From NCBI GenBank assembly GCA_017882245.1, contig JADGPV010000035.1, positions 1 to 35,492 of the forward strand: 35,492 bases of DNA, read 5' to 3'. A program made the position numbers and the translations under genes. Source of the stretch: Bacteroidales bacterium. Lineage in GTDB: Bacteria > Bacteroidota > Bacteroidia > Bacteroidales > VadinHA17. Below are positions 18,844 through 27,411 of the stretch, in pieces. The notes under the pieces are model-generated. The model ran no database searches and was not told where the DNA came from. It saw only the letters and a list, made by a program, of their open reading frames with translations. Numbering within the stretch: the first letter of the stretch is position 1; every line of letters starts with the position of its first letter.

Positions 18844-20064
18844 ATGAAATTGGGAAATCTTTTTAAAGTGGCAATGAATGCCCTCAGACGCAATAAGATG
18901 AGGTCATTCCTGACGATGCTGGGTATAATTATCGGTGTGGCTTCCGTCATAACGATGCTTGCCATAGGTCAGGGTTCCAAGAAAAGCATTGAGGCTCAGA
19001 TAGCAAGCATGGGGTCAAATATGCTGTTCGTTATTCCGGGCAGCATGAGAATGGGCGGCGTTCAGCAGGGAACTTCAGGATCCCAGAGACTGACTGTTGC
19101 TGACGTGAATGCCATCAGGACAGGGTGCGACGCCATTATCGCTGTTTCGCCCGAGGTGAGAGCGGGCGGACAGGCCGTTTATAGCAGGTCTAACTGGCCA
19201 ACGACTATTTACGGAGGGAATGAGAAATATCTTGAAATAAAGAGCTGGGCAATCGTCAGCGGAAGAAACTTCACCGCCGAAGAGGCTAAAGGATCTGCAA
19301 AAGTGTGCCTTATTGGCAGGACGGTTGCTGATGAACTATTCGGCGAGGGCACCGACCCGACCGGAGAGATGGTTCGTTTTAAAAACATCCCTTTCAGGAT
19401 TATAGGTCTCCTGAAAGAGAAGGGACAGAACAGCTTCGGACAGGACCAGGATGATGTACTTATTGCGCCTTATACAACCGTTCAGAAAAGGATACTTGCC
19501 CAGACATATATACAGTCAATCCAGATGTCGGCAAAAAGTGCTGAAGCATCTGCCCTGGCGCAGCAACAGGTTGAAGCCGTGCTGCGCCGTACTCATAAGC
19601 TGCGCGAGAATGAGAACAATGACTTTGAGATAAGGAGCCAGGAAGAACTGGCAACCACGATGACTTCCGTAACAGACATACTTACCATTCTGCTTGGAGC
19701 GATAGCCGGAATATCATTGCTGGTTGGAGGCATAGGGATTATGAATATCATGTATGTATCTGTCACCGAGCGCACGAGGGAGATAGGTCTTCGCATGTCA
19801 ATAGGCGGCCGGGGAGCAGATATCCTGATGCAGTTCCTTATCGAATCAATAATGCTGAGTGTTTTCGGCGGCCTGATCGGTATTTTGCTTGGATTTGCCG
19901 CTTCAAAAGTTGTTGGGGCTCTTACCTCATGGCCGATCACCGTTATGTGGAGTTCAGTAATTCTTTCATTTGCCGTGTGCACCGTGATCGGAGTGTTCTT
20001 TGGATGGTATCCGGCACGAAGGGCTTCAGAACTTGATCCCATTGATGCATTGAGGTATGAGTAA
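18844..20064 (+). CDS. ABC transporter permease, MacB/FtsX-like (separate polypeptide from the ATPase)
   Basis: 406-aa ORF with an N-terminal TM helix, a large periplasmic domain, and a C-terminal FtsX-type 3-TM bundle (..ERTREIGLRMSIGGRGADILMQFLIES..YPARRASELDPIDALRYE). Confidence 0.85.
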   Translation: MKLGNLFKVAMNALRRNKMRSFLTMLGIIIGVASVITMLAIGQGSKKSIEAQIASMGSNMLFVIPGSMRMGGVQQGTSGSQRLTVADVNAIRTGCDAIIAVSPEVRAGGQAVYSRSNWPTTIYGGNEKYLEIKSWAIVSGRNFTAEEAKGSAKVCLIGRTVADELFGEGTDPTGEMVRFKNIPFRIIGLLKEKGQNSFGQDQDDVLIAPYTTVQKRILAQTYIQSIQMSAKSAEASALAQQQVEAVLRRTHKLRENENNDFEIRSQEELATTMTSVTDILTILLGAIAGISLLVGGIGIMNIMYVSVTERTREIGLRMSIGGRGADILMQFLIESIMLSVFGGLIGILLGFAASKVVGALTSWPITVMWSSVILSFAVCTVIGVFFGWYPARRASELDPIDALRYE

Positions 20065-20080
20065 AATGAGTCAAAATTGA

Positions 20081-20088
20081 TAGCTTTG
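20081..20088 (+). promoter_or_regulatory. candidate -7 box TAGCTTTG immediately upstream of the sensor kinase start
   Basis: Matches TAnnTTTG. It ends only 7 nt before the ATG at 20096, which would imply a leaderless or near-leaderless mRNA. Confidence 0.3.
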
Positions 20089-20095
20089 AAAAAGT

Positions 20096-21196
20096 ATGAA
20101 GAGAACAGGAAATATCAGACAGAGAAAAGGGTGGGGTGTGCTGTTGCATATCACAGGGTGGATAATTCTTTTTATTTTACCACAGTTTCTTGTGACCGGT
20201 GGTGGATTTGAAGATCTGCGTACTACTCTTATAGTCTTTTTTAATACGCTCGTCTTTGGCATCATCTTTTATGTCAATTATCTCTGGCTGATACCATTGC
20301 TGCTGCACAAAGGAAGATGGCCCCAGTATGTTGTTGTCATGCTTGCCCTTGTAATAGCAGTTCAGTTTGCTTCGAATATCGCTTTCAGGAGAGCATTTCC
20401 TCCGACACCGGCTGTTGAGCAGCGTATAAGGGAAGCAAAACAAAGGGGTCATGACAATAGAAAAGGCAGACCATCATGGGCAAGGATGGCAGTATATAAT
20501 TATTTCATCACTGCCTTTCTGGTGACTGGTTTTGCTGTAGGACTTCGGTCCGTTGAGCAGTCTGTGGAGAAGGAACGGGAAATCAAGGAGCTTGAGAAGG
20601 AAAAGCTGAACTCTGAGCTGGCATTACTTAAGAATCAGGTCAGCCCGCATTTCTTCTTTAACACATTGAATAATATCTATTCCCTTATAGAAATAAATAA
20701 AGAGGATGCCCGGGAGGCGGTGCTGAGCCTGTCAAAGATGATGCGGTACATGCTTTATGAATCAGAGCAGGGTAACACAAAACTCAGCAGGGAGCTGGAG
20801 TTTATGAAGGTATATATTGATCTCATGAAGCTGCGCATTAATGATAAAGTCAAACTTACGGTGGATTTCCCGGAAAAGTATGATGACATTGACATTCCGC
20901 CGCTGCTCTTCATACCTTTTATTGAAAATGCTTTCAAGCACGGAGTAAGCTATCAGAAATCATCATTCATCCGGATCGGGTTGTCGATGGAAGGTGATGT
21001 TTTACATTTCCGGACTGCTAACAGCAGCAACGGAGGGAGTAATGGAGCATCACAGGAAGACTCAGGCATAGGTCTTGACAACGTGCGCAAACGCCTTGCT
21101 CTTCTCTATCCCGGAAAGCATGAGCTTAACATTACAAATGAAGAGTCAGTGTACAGCGTTGAACTGAAGATAATTACAGGAAATAAAACAATCTGA
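20096..21196 (+). CDS. LytS/YehU-type sensor histidine kinase
   Basis: 366-aa ORF with an N-terminal multi-TM region, the His_kinase internal motif LKNQVSPHFFFNTLNNIYSLI, and a C-terminal HATPase-like region (PLLFIPFIENAFKHG .. SGIGLDNVRKRL). Confidence 0.85.
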   Translation: MKRTGNIRQRKGWGVLLHITGWIILFILPQFLVTGGGFEDLRTTLIVFFNTLVFGIIFYVNYLWLIPLLLHKGRWPQYVVVMLALVIAVQFASNIAFRRAFPPTPAVEQRIREAKQRGHDNRKGRPSWARMAVYNYFITAFLVTGFAVGLRSVEQSVEKEREIKELEKEKLNSELALLKNQVSPHFFFNTLNNIYSLIEINKEDAREAVLSLSKMMRYMLYESEQGNTKLSRELEFMKVYIDLMKLRINDKVKLTVDFPEKYDDIDIPPLLFIPFIENAFKHGVSYQKSSFIRIGLSMEGDVLHFRTANSSNGGSNGASQEDSGIGLDNVRKRLALLYPGKHELNITNEESVYSVELKIITGNKTI

Positions 21197-21909
21197 TGAT
21201 AAAAGTTGTCGCCATTGATGATGAACCTTTGGCTTTGAAGCTAGTAAAGGGGTATATTGAAAAGACACCTTTTCTAGAACTGGCAGGAGCCTTTGATAAT
21301 CCTGTTGATGCCGTAAGTTTTATTAATTCAACTGATATCGACCTTGTGCTGCTCGATATACAGATGCCCGATCTGAATGGTACTGAACTTGCCGGAGTCA
21401 TTGCGGGAGGACCAAAAGTGATTTTTACCACTGCTTATGAGAAGTATGCCATTGAGGGGTTCAGGCTTGACGCAGTGGATTACCTTCTCAAACCCTTCAG
21501 TTATTCCGAATTTTTAAAGGCGGTCGGGAAGGCACAGAAAATCATTGAACTTGAGAGAAAAGTGCTGCCATCTCTTGAGATAAAGAATGACTTCCTGTTT
21601 CTTAAATCTGAATACAAGATCAGGCGTATAAATTTTTCCGACATACAATATATCGAGGGTCTTAAGGATTATGTCAAAATCTTTTTGACAGGTGAGAAGA
21701 AACCCATTCTTTCATTATCTACCTTAAAGGCCCTGGAGGCCAGGCTGCCAGAAGAGAAGTTCATGCGGGTACACAGGTCTTTCATTGTCAACCTTGACAC
21801 TGTGAAAGTAATTGAGCGCAACCGAATTGTCTTCGGTGATGTGCGTATTCCGATCACAGATCAGTACAAAGGAAATTTTCAGAGATTCCTGGACAGGAAT
21901 TTTATTTGA
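21196..21909 (+). CDS. LytTR-family DNA-binding response regulator
   Basis: Receiver domain (VVAIDDEPLAL .. LLDIQMPDLNGTEL .. FTTAYEKYAIEGF) followed by a LytTR domain (..IQYIEGLKDYVKIF .. FMRVHRSFIVNLDTV). Overlaps the kinase stop by 1 nt (TGATG). Confidence 0.9.
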   Translation: MIKVVAIDDEPLALKLVKGYIEKTPFLELAGAFDNPVDAVSFINSTDIDLVLLDIQMPDLNGTELAGVIAGGPKVIFTTAYEKYAIEGFRLDAVDYLLKPFSYSEFLKAVGKAQKIIELERKVLPSLEIKNDFLFLKSEYKIRRINFSDIQYIEGLKDYVKIFLTGEKKPILSLSTLKALEARLPEEKFMRVHRSFIVNLDTVKVIERNRIVFGDVRIPITDQYKGNFQRFLDRNFI

Positions 21910-21916
21910 TTTTTGT

Positions 21917-24565
21917 TTATCTCAGACCAAACCGATACGAAAATTTGACAAGGAAGACGTTGAACGGTTTGTTATCGGCAAAGAGGTTATTTGCTTGTGT
22001 TGCAAGGTCAAATGTTCCGTCATCAGTAAAATAATTCCTTGTTTGTGACCAGACAAGATATGCGGTTGACCCGGGCAGAAACTCCCATCGTACAACCAGG
22101 TTGTGCAGGTATTCACTTATCGTGAAATCAGGGTTCTCAAAGCTATAGTCAACAGTACCGTCAAGGTTTTCATCAATGTTGTAGATTCCATCAGCGTCAT
22201 TAAACATGATTTCAGCAGGGAGATAGTTATGAAAGCGGTCAGTATAAATTTCTTCAGCTGCAGACTGATCGGTTATATATTTAAATTCATTGTAATCACC
22301 TGATCCGAAAAATGGCTGTCCCCAGTACTGTATTGTAAGATCAGGGGTGATGTTATAGTCAATCCTGAACGACAGGCTCAGTATTTTCTGGTCGATAAAA
22401 CCGAAAACATAGCGTGGAGCATCAACTCCATTAATAATTGAGGCCGTGGTGACGTACTGCATCTTATTAAATGTCTGTTCCCACCCGGGCTCAACGCTTA
22501 AGCTAAGGGTGCTGACAGGCCTGTATCTCAGGTCGAGGCTTATAGCTGTGCTTTTGAATACATCTTCAAACCCCCATCTGTAGTCAACATTGAGCTCAGC
22601 CACAAACTTTTTACGATCGTCTGTATCAATGCCTCCGTATACAGCTGCATTTCCGGGCACCTTGATCGAGGGTCCGCCGCGCAGCAGATTATTATCAATC
22701 TCGTTGCCGTAAACCTGTCCGCCGAAATAAGTGGACCACAGGTTCCTGAATTGCGTCTGCCAGGAGAATTCACTTCCAAGGTTAGTCAAAGTCCCCCCAA
22801 AATCATGAGCGTGTATGATATTCGTACCGAAGCTCATCTGGTTAAATATGCTGAATGGCTTGTAGATATTATAATTGAATACGGCTACGCCTATATACTG
22901 GTCTGCTACCCGCATATACCCGATATCATTCAGTTCCAGGCCTGGCGATTTCCAGGAGGACAGATAAATAACATTGAAGTTACCGCCTATTTTTCCGGCC
23001 ATCAGATTACCGCCAAAACCACTCAGTGAAGTCCTGGTTGTGTCATATTCAACATAATCGGCATCAGGCCTGATAAAATTATGGATAGCAGAGCGTTGTG
23101 TACGGGCAATGTCTGCTGCAGTACCCTGGATGTTGCTGAAGGCAGTCCGTAACTGGAAAATATAATTCTTGTCACCGAAGTATTGAGTAAAGTCAATACC
23201 GCCTGATGTGGCATTTTTATGGTAATAATCTTCTGTAGTCGGTTCGATTGACCTGATGGTACTTGTCATCATCCCTCCGATTATTGTATTGCCCTCTTTA
23301 ATGTCTTTCTGAACTCTGGCGACAGCAAAATTGGCAAACGGTTCGGCAGTTACATAGGTCGTCTTACCGGTCTCTTCATTATAAACTTTTGTGCTGACCT
23401 CTGCAGTGACTGCCTCCAATGCTCCGACAGACCACCCCTTACCTGACTTCCCGGTAAGCTTTGCTGCTCCAAGGATCGGCGTGAATGATGGCGTATACGT
23501 ATATTCATTTTCGCCAGGTGAATAGGGCAACCTTGGATTTCGGCCTATCCTCCTGGAATAAAAGAGATTATCATTCCCGGAGCTGCCCTGTCCAAGTCCG
23601 AGGTTATAGTCAGTAATATTCTTGCTCTCTATAAAAAACGGTCTTTTCTCCTCAAAAAATGATTCAAAGGCAGTGAGGTTCACTACCGAAGGATCAGCCT
23701 CCACCTGCCCGAAATCGGGATTAACCGTCAGGCTTAATATCATATTGTTTGTAATCCCGATCTTGGCATCAATACCAGCGGTGGCTTTGAAGTCAGTGCC
23801 ATCGAGCCAGGGATTGCCCGCTTCGCCTTCATAGGTTTCAAGTTTGGCCACGCCATATGGGGTGATATCGAACAGGGTACGCGGTTTTATGTTTTGTATC
23901 CCTTCCAGCAACCCTGCCTGATGAACTAAACCTGAGGTGTTTCTTGGGATAGGCTGCCAGAAGTCAGTTTCATCATGACGATAAATGATTCTCTGCACTT
24001 CAAATCCCCATATCTGGGTTTCACTGGCAGAAAAGCGAAGCTGTGTAAGAGGTATACGCATCTCTGCGGTCCATCCCCAGTCAGTGATACTTGTTTTAAC
24101 GTACCAGATAGGATCAAAAGTTTCATCCTCGGAAGCGCCATCATCAGTCATAACCAGATCGGTTTTAACACCTGCAGCACTTACTCCGAATCCGAATGCA
24201 GTCCGGAGGTCATGGTATGAATCAAAGTAGACATAAAGCTCATCTCCGTCCGGGTTATCACGCCTAGACATGCGTGACACAATACTGTCAGGGGCAGTAT
24301 CGTAAGCCTTGATGGCAACATATATATTGCTGTTATCATAAAGAACCTTGAATTCGGTTTTCTGGCTTACCGGGGCTCCTTCAGCGGGTTGAAACTGAAC
24401 GAAGTCACCGCCCCATTCACCCTTGGTCCATGTTTCATCGGAAAGATCTCCGTCGACTACAGGAGGAGTTGTTGTTGTAGTAGTAGTATAAATTCTTTTC
24501 TCATATTCCTGGCCATTTAACCAAAACGGAATAATGAGCAATAGCAGGAGAAGGCTTATCTTCAT
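21917..24565 (-). CDS. CBM9-like / DUF5916-type large secreted (probable outer-membrane beta-barrel) protein, paralog 1
   Basis: 882-aa ORF with a signal peptide, an N-terminal PPVVDGDLSDETW.. CBM9/DOMON-like module, then a long alternating-hydrophobic beta-rich region ending ..NVFLVKFSYRFGLR. The DUF5916 family name is assigned from memory. Strongly similar to the adjacent 876-aa ORF. Confidence 0.7.
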   Translation of the reverse strand: MKISLLLLLLIIPFWLNGQEYEKRIYTTTTTTTPPVVDGDLSDETWTKGEWGGDFVQFQPAEGAPVSQKTEFKVLYDNSNIYVAIKAYDTAPDSIVSRMSRRDNPDGDELYVYFDSYHDLRTAFGFGVSAAGVKTDLVMTDDGASEDETFDPIWYVKTSITDWGWTAEMRIPLTQLRFSASETQIWGFEVQRIIYRHDETDFWQPIPRNTSGLVHQAGLLEGIQNIKPRTLFDITPYGVAKLETYEGEAGNPWLDGTDFKATAGIDAKIGITNNMILSLTVNPDFGQVEADPSVVNLTAFESFFEEKRPFFIESKNITDYNLGLGQGSSGNDNLFYSRRIGRNPRLPYSPGENEYTYTPSFTPILGAAKLTGKSGKGWSVGALEAVTAEVSTKVYNEETGKTTYVTAEPFANFAVARVQKDIKEGNTIIGGMMTSTIRSIEPTTEDYYHKNATSGGIDFTQYFGDKNYIFQLRTAFSNIQGTAADIARTQRSAIHNFIRPDADYVEYDTTRTSLSGFGGNLMAGKIGGNFNVIYLSSWKSPGLELNDIGYMRVADQYIGVAVFNYNIYKPFSIFNQMSFGTNIIHAHDFGGTLTNLGSEFSWQTQFRNLWSTYFGGQVYGNEIDNNLLRGGPSIKVPGNAAVYGGIDTDDRKKFVAELNVDYRWGFEDVFKSTAISLDLRYRPVSTLSLSVEPGWEQTFNKMQYVTTASIINGVDAPRYVFGFIDQKILSLSFRIDYNITPDLTIQYWGQPFFGSGDYNEFKYITDQSAAEEIYTDRFHNYLPAEIMFNDADGIYNIDENLDGTVDYSFENPDFTISEYLHNLVVRWEFLPGSTAYLVWSQTRNYFTDDGTFDLATQANNLFADNKPFNVFLVKFSYRFGLR

Positions 24566-24573
24566 GGCACAGG

Positions 24574-24604
24574 TTTGCAGAAGTACAGTTTAAGATTCTG
24601 CAAA
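24574..24604. repeat. perfect 9-bp inverted repeat TTTGCAGAA-N13-TTCTGCAAA between the two DUF5916 paralogs
   Basis: Read directly: arms at 24574-24582 and 24596-24604. On the minus strand, one arm overlaps the candidate -7 box of paralog 1. Confidence 0.6.
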
Positions 24605-24608
24605 TTTA
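24601..24608 (-). promoter_or_regulatory. candidate -7 box TAAATTTG for DUF5916 paralog 1
   Basis: The minus-strand 8-mer matches TAnnTTTG. It is 36 nt upstream of the ATG at 24565. Confidence 0.3.
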
Positions 24609-24623
24609 TGCAAATTATATAAC

Positions 24624-27254
24624 CTACCGCAATCCGAACCTGTAAGTAAATTTTATAAGAAAAACATTATATGGTTTATCTGCAGTATATAGGTTATCAA
24701 GGTTTTGACTGACAGAAAAAGAACCTGTCGGGTCATAATAACTGCGCGTTTGTGACCATACGAGGTAAACCGTTGATCCAGGGCGGAATTCCCAGCGGAG
24801 CACCAGGTTCGAAAGGAATTCGTCATAATTATAATCAGGATTATTAAAACTATACTTGACCAGGCCGGCATTATTTTCGTCAACATTATACATATTGTCC
24901 GCCTCGTTATATTGTATTTCACTGTCTGTGAAAATATGGTAACGGTCTGACAGGCTTTCTGCCCTGGGCTCGGTCACGACTTTATAAGTTTTATAGTCCA
25001 TTGCTGCCAGGAAGGGCTGTCCCCAGTATTGGATTGTCAGGTCTGGCGTAATATTATAATTCAATCTAATAGACATCCTTACTATCTGCTGATCAATCTG
25101 GCCAAGGATATAACGGTCATCACCCGGAATGTATGTCACATACTGTAGTGTATTGCTGCTTTTTGAATATGACGGTGACAAGGTCACAGAAAAAGACTGT
25201 CCCGGCTTGGCTGTAAGGTCTATACCTGCGGACCATGATTTTGCAGATTCTTCACCTCCTCTTCCGGTGTTAGCCCATAATTGAGCATAGAATATTTTTG
25301 AACTATTTGTGCCGATATTGAAAAAGCCGTTCAGGTTTGAAGGATACAGCATGGAGGGCCCTCCGCGCAGGTGGGTATTGGAAAGGGATTCGCCGTCATA
25401 ATTTGCCCCAAAACTTGTCCACCACAGGTTCTTAAATTCTGTATAAAGGCTCAGATTACCACCGGTAAAAAGGTGGGTACCTCCGAAGTCCCATCCTGTC
25501 CAGAAGTTAGCGTTAGGCCTTATCTGGTTAAAGATACTGAAAGGCTTGTCAAATCTGTAAGCAGACCATAAGCCTGTAATAAGCGCATCTGCGCTCTGCA
25601 GGTAACCGACATCATTAAGGTCAAAGCCAGGTGACTTATAGTGGCCAAAAACCGTAAAGTTCCAGTGACCACCGACTTTACCGGCCTGTATTGTCCCTCC
25701 ATAGCCATTCAATGATGTGCGGGTCGTATCTACTTCAACATAATCAGCATCAGGCCGCTGGTAGTAATGCACTGAAGAATATTGAAGACTTTCAATTGCC
25801 TTAGCGCTGCCGGTGAGATTACTGACTCCGGTTGCGCTTGACACCATCCAGTTCCTGTCTTTGCCAAAATAATGTGAGAAGTCAATGCCGGCAGTGTTGG
25901 CATTGCTGACAAGTCCGTCAATTCCAGTACCGTCAAGGAAGCGATGGGTGTTGGTATAAGCCCCGCCAATCACTGTCTTACCTCCACCAAAATCTTTCTT
26001 GATCCTTGAGACGAAGTAATTGGAAAGCGGCTCAACAGTCTGGTATGATCTTTCGCCAACAGAATCTATCTCTGCCTTTCCTTCAGCTGTTATTGCTTCA
26101 ATAATACCGATTGAAAGGCCGTCAGGAGTCTTGCCTGTGATTTTGGCAGCGCTGATGATTGGAGTAACGCGTGGCATTTTGGCGAATTCATTTATTTCTG
26201 TTTCTGCACCGAGATGGGGGCTGCGGCCAATCCTCCTTGAGTAAAAAAGATTGTCATACCCAAGGTCCCCGTCACCGAGCCCGGTCTTAAAGCTTGTTAT
26301 ATTATTCCCCTCAATAAAGAAAGGCCTCTTCTCTTCAAAGAATATTTCATAGGCAGTAAGGTTCACCTGAGAGGGGTCAGCTTCTACCTGACCGAAGTCA
26401 GGATTTACCGTCAGATCGAGTGTCATGTTGTTGGTTAAACCGATCTTGGCATCAAGGCCTCCGTTGAATTTCCCTTTACTGCCGGTAGCAAAAGGATTAC
26501 CCTCTTCTGCTTTAAAATTTTCAAGGCTGCCTACCACGAAAGGAGATATATCTGCCTGTTTTCTCGGTTTGATGCCTGAAAGACCAGTTAGTGTCCCGAA
26601 ATTATGCACTAAACCTGAGGCATTCCGGTCTATTGGCTGCCATACTGACATCTCCTGCTTGCGGAAAAGCTGTCGAAGTACCTCCAATCCCCATATAGTG
26701 CTGTCAGACATCCTGAATCTAAGCTGTGTAAGCGGAATCCTCAGTTCAGCGGCCCAGCCCCAGTCGTACATCTGTGCATCTGTGTACCAGATAGGATCCC
26801 ACGTCGCGTCTTCGATCTGTCCGTCGTTTGCCTCCAGGAAATCGTTTTTTACACCTGCTGCATTCACAACAAAGGCAAAACCTGTCTGAAGGTCATGATA
26901 GCTGTCGAACATAATGCCGACCCAATCCCCGTCGGCGTTATCCCTTCTTGAAATACGCCGGCTTGCGCTGTCAGGAGCAGTATCATAGGCTTTTATGGCG
27001 ACATAAATATTATTGTCATCAAACATCACCTTGAATTCCGTTTTCTGGCTTGGAGCCGTTCCGTTATCCGGTTGAAACTCGGTAAAGTTTCCATCCCAGG
27101 TGCCGGCCTGCCAGGCTTCATCTTCCAGAGATCCGTCAATAACGGGAGCTGCGGATGTAAATGTTGCATTGTAGCTCCTCCTTGGTATTGAGTCCTGCGC
27201 GCTGAGCAGGGTGCATAACATCAGAACAGATGCGGCAAATGCAAATCTTTTCAT
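24624..27254 (-). CDS. CBM9-like / DUF5916-type large secreted (probable outer-membrane beta-barrel) protein, paralog 2
   Basis: 876-aa ORF with a signal peptide (..CTLLSAQDS), APVIDGSLEDEAW.. module, and C-terminus ..NVFLIKFTYRFGLR. It shares long near-identical blocks with paralog 1 (QKTEFKV..NIYVAIKAYDTAPDS; LTVNPDFGQVEADPS.VNLTA.E.FFEEKRPFFIE; ITPDLTIQYWGQPF). Confidence 0.7.
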   Translation of the reverse strand: MKRFAFAASVLMLCTLLSAQDSIPRRSYNATFTSAAPVIDGSLEDEAWQAGTWDGNFTEFQPDNGTAPSQKTEFKVMFDDNNIYVAIKAYDTAPDSASRRISRRDNADGDWVGIMFDSYHDLQTGFAFVVNAAGVKNDFLEANDGQIEDATWDPIWYTDAQMYDWGWAAELRIPLTQLRFRMSDSTIWGLEVLRQLFRKQEMSVWQPIDRNASGLVHNFGTLTGLSGIKPRKQADISPFVVGSLENFKAEEGNPFATGSKGKFNGGLDAKIGLTNNMTLDLTVNPDFGQVEADPSQVNLTAYEIFFEEKRPFFIEGNNITSFKTGLGDGDLGYDNLFYSRRIGRSPHLGAETEINEFAKMPRVTPIISAAKITGKTPDGLSIGIIEAITAEGKAEIDSVGERSYQTVEPLSNYFVSRIKKDFGGGKTVIGGAYTNTHRFLDGTGIDGLVSNANTAGIDFSHYFGKDRNWMVSSATGVSNLTGSAKAIESLQYSSVHYYQRPDADYVEVDTTRTSLNGYGGTIQAGKVGGHWNFTVFGHYKSPGFDLNDVGYLQSADALITGLWSAYRFDKPFSIFNQIRPNANFWTGWDFGGTHLFTGGNLSLYTEFKNLWWTSFGANYDGESLSNTHLRGGPSMLYPSNLNGFFNIGTNSSKIFYAQLWANTGRGGEESAKSWSAGIDLTAKPGQSFSVTLSPSYSKSSNTLQYVTYIPGDDRYILGQIDQQIVRMSIRLNYNITPDLTIQYWGQPFLAAMDYKTYKVVTEPRAESLSDRYHIFTDSEIQYNEADNMYNVDENNAGLVKYSFNNPDYNYDEFLSNLVLRWEFRPGSTVYLVWSQTRSYYDPTGSFSVSQNLDNLYTADKPYNVFLIKFTYRFGLR

Positions 27255-27372
27255 GGCGGAAAGGTTAATAGTCCAAAAGCAAGTATGTAATAAAGACCGG
27301 AAGGGGGAGTGATTGCTGCATAAAAATGCTTATTTGGAATAATTCCAGATAAGGCAGCAGGCAATAGAGAAG

Positions 27373-27411
27373 CGACCGTAAAGTCCCGATATAGTATATC
27401 GGGATAGGGAG
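27373..27411 (-). repeat. intergenic palindromic repeat, copy B (reverse orientation relative to copy A)
   Basis: The reverse complement reads CTCCCTATCCCGATATACTATATCGGGACTTTACGGTCG. The perfect palindrome TCCCGATATA-G-TATATCGGGA is at 27384-27404. It lies in the 200-nt gap between the ProX-like stop and the DUF5916 paralog 2 start. Confidence 0.8.
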
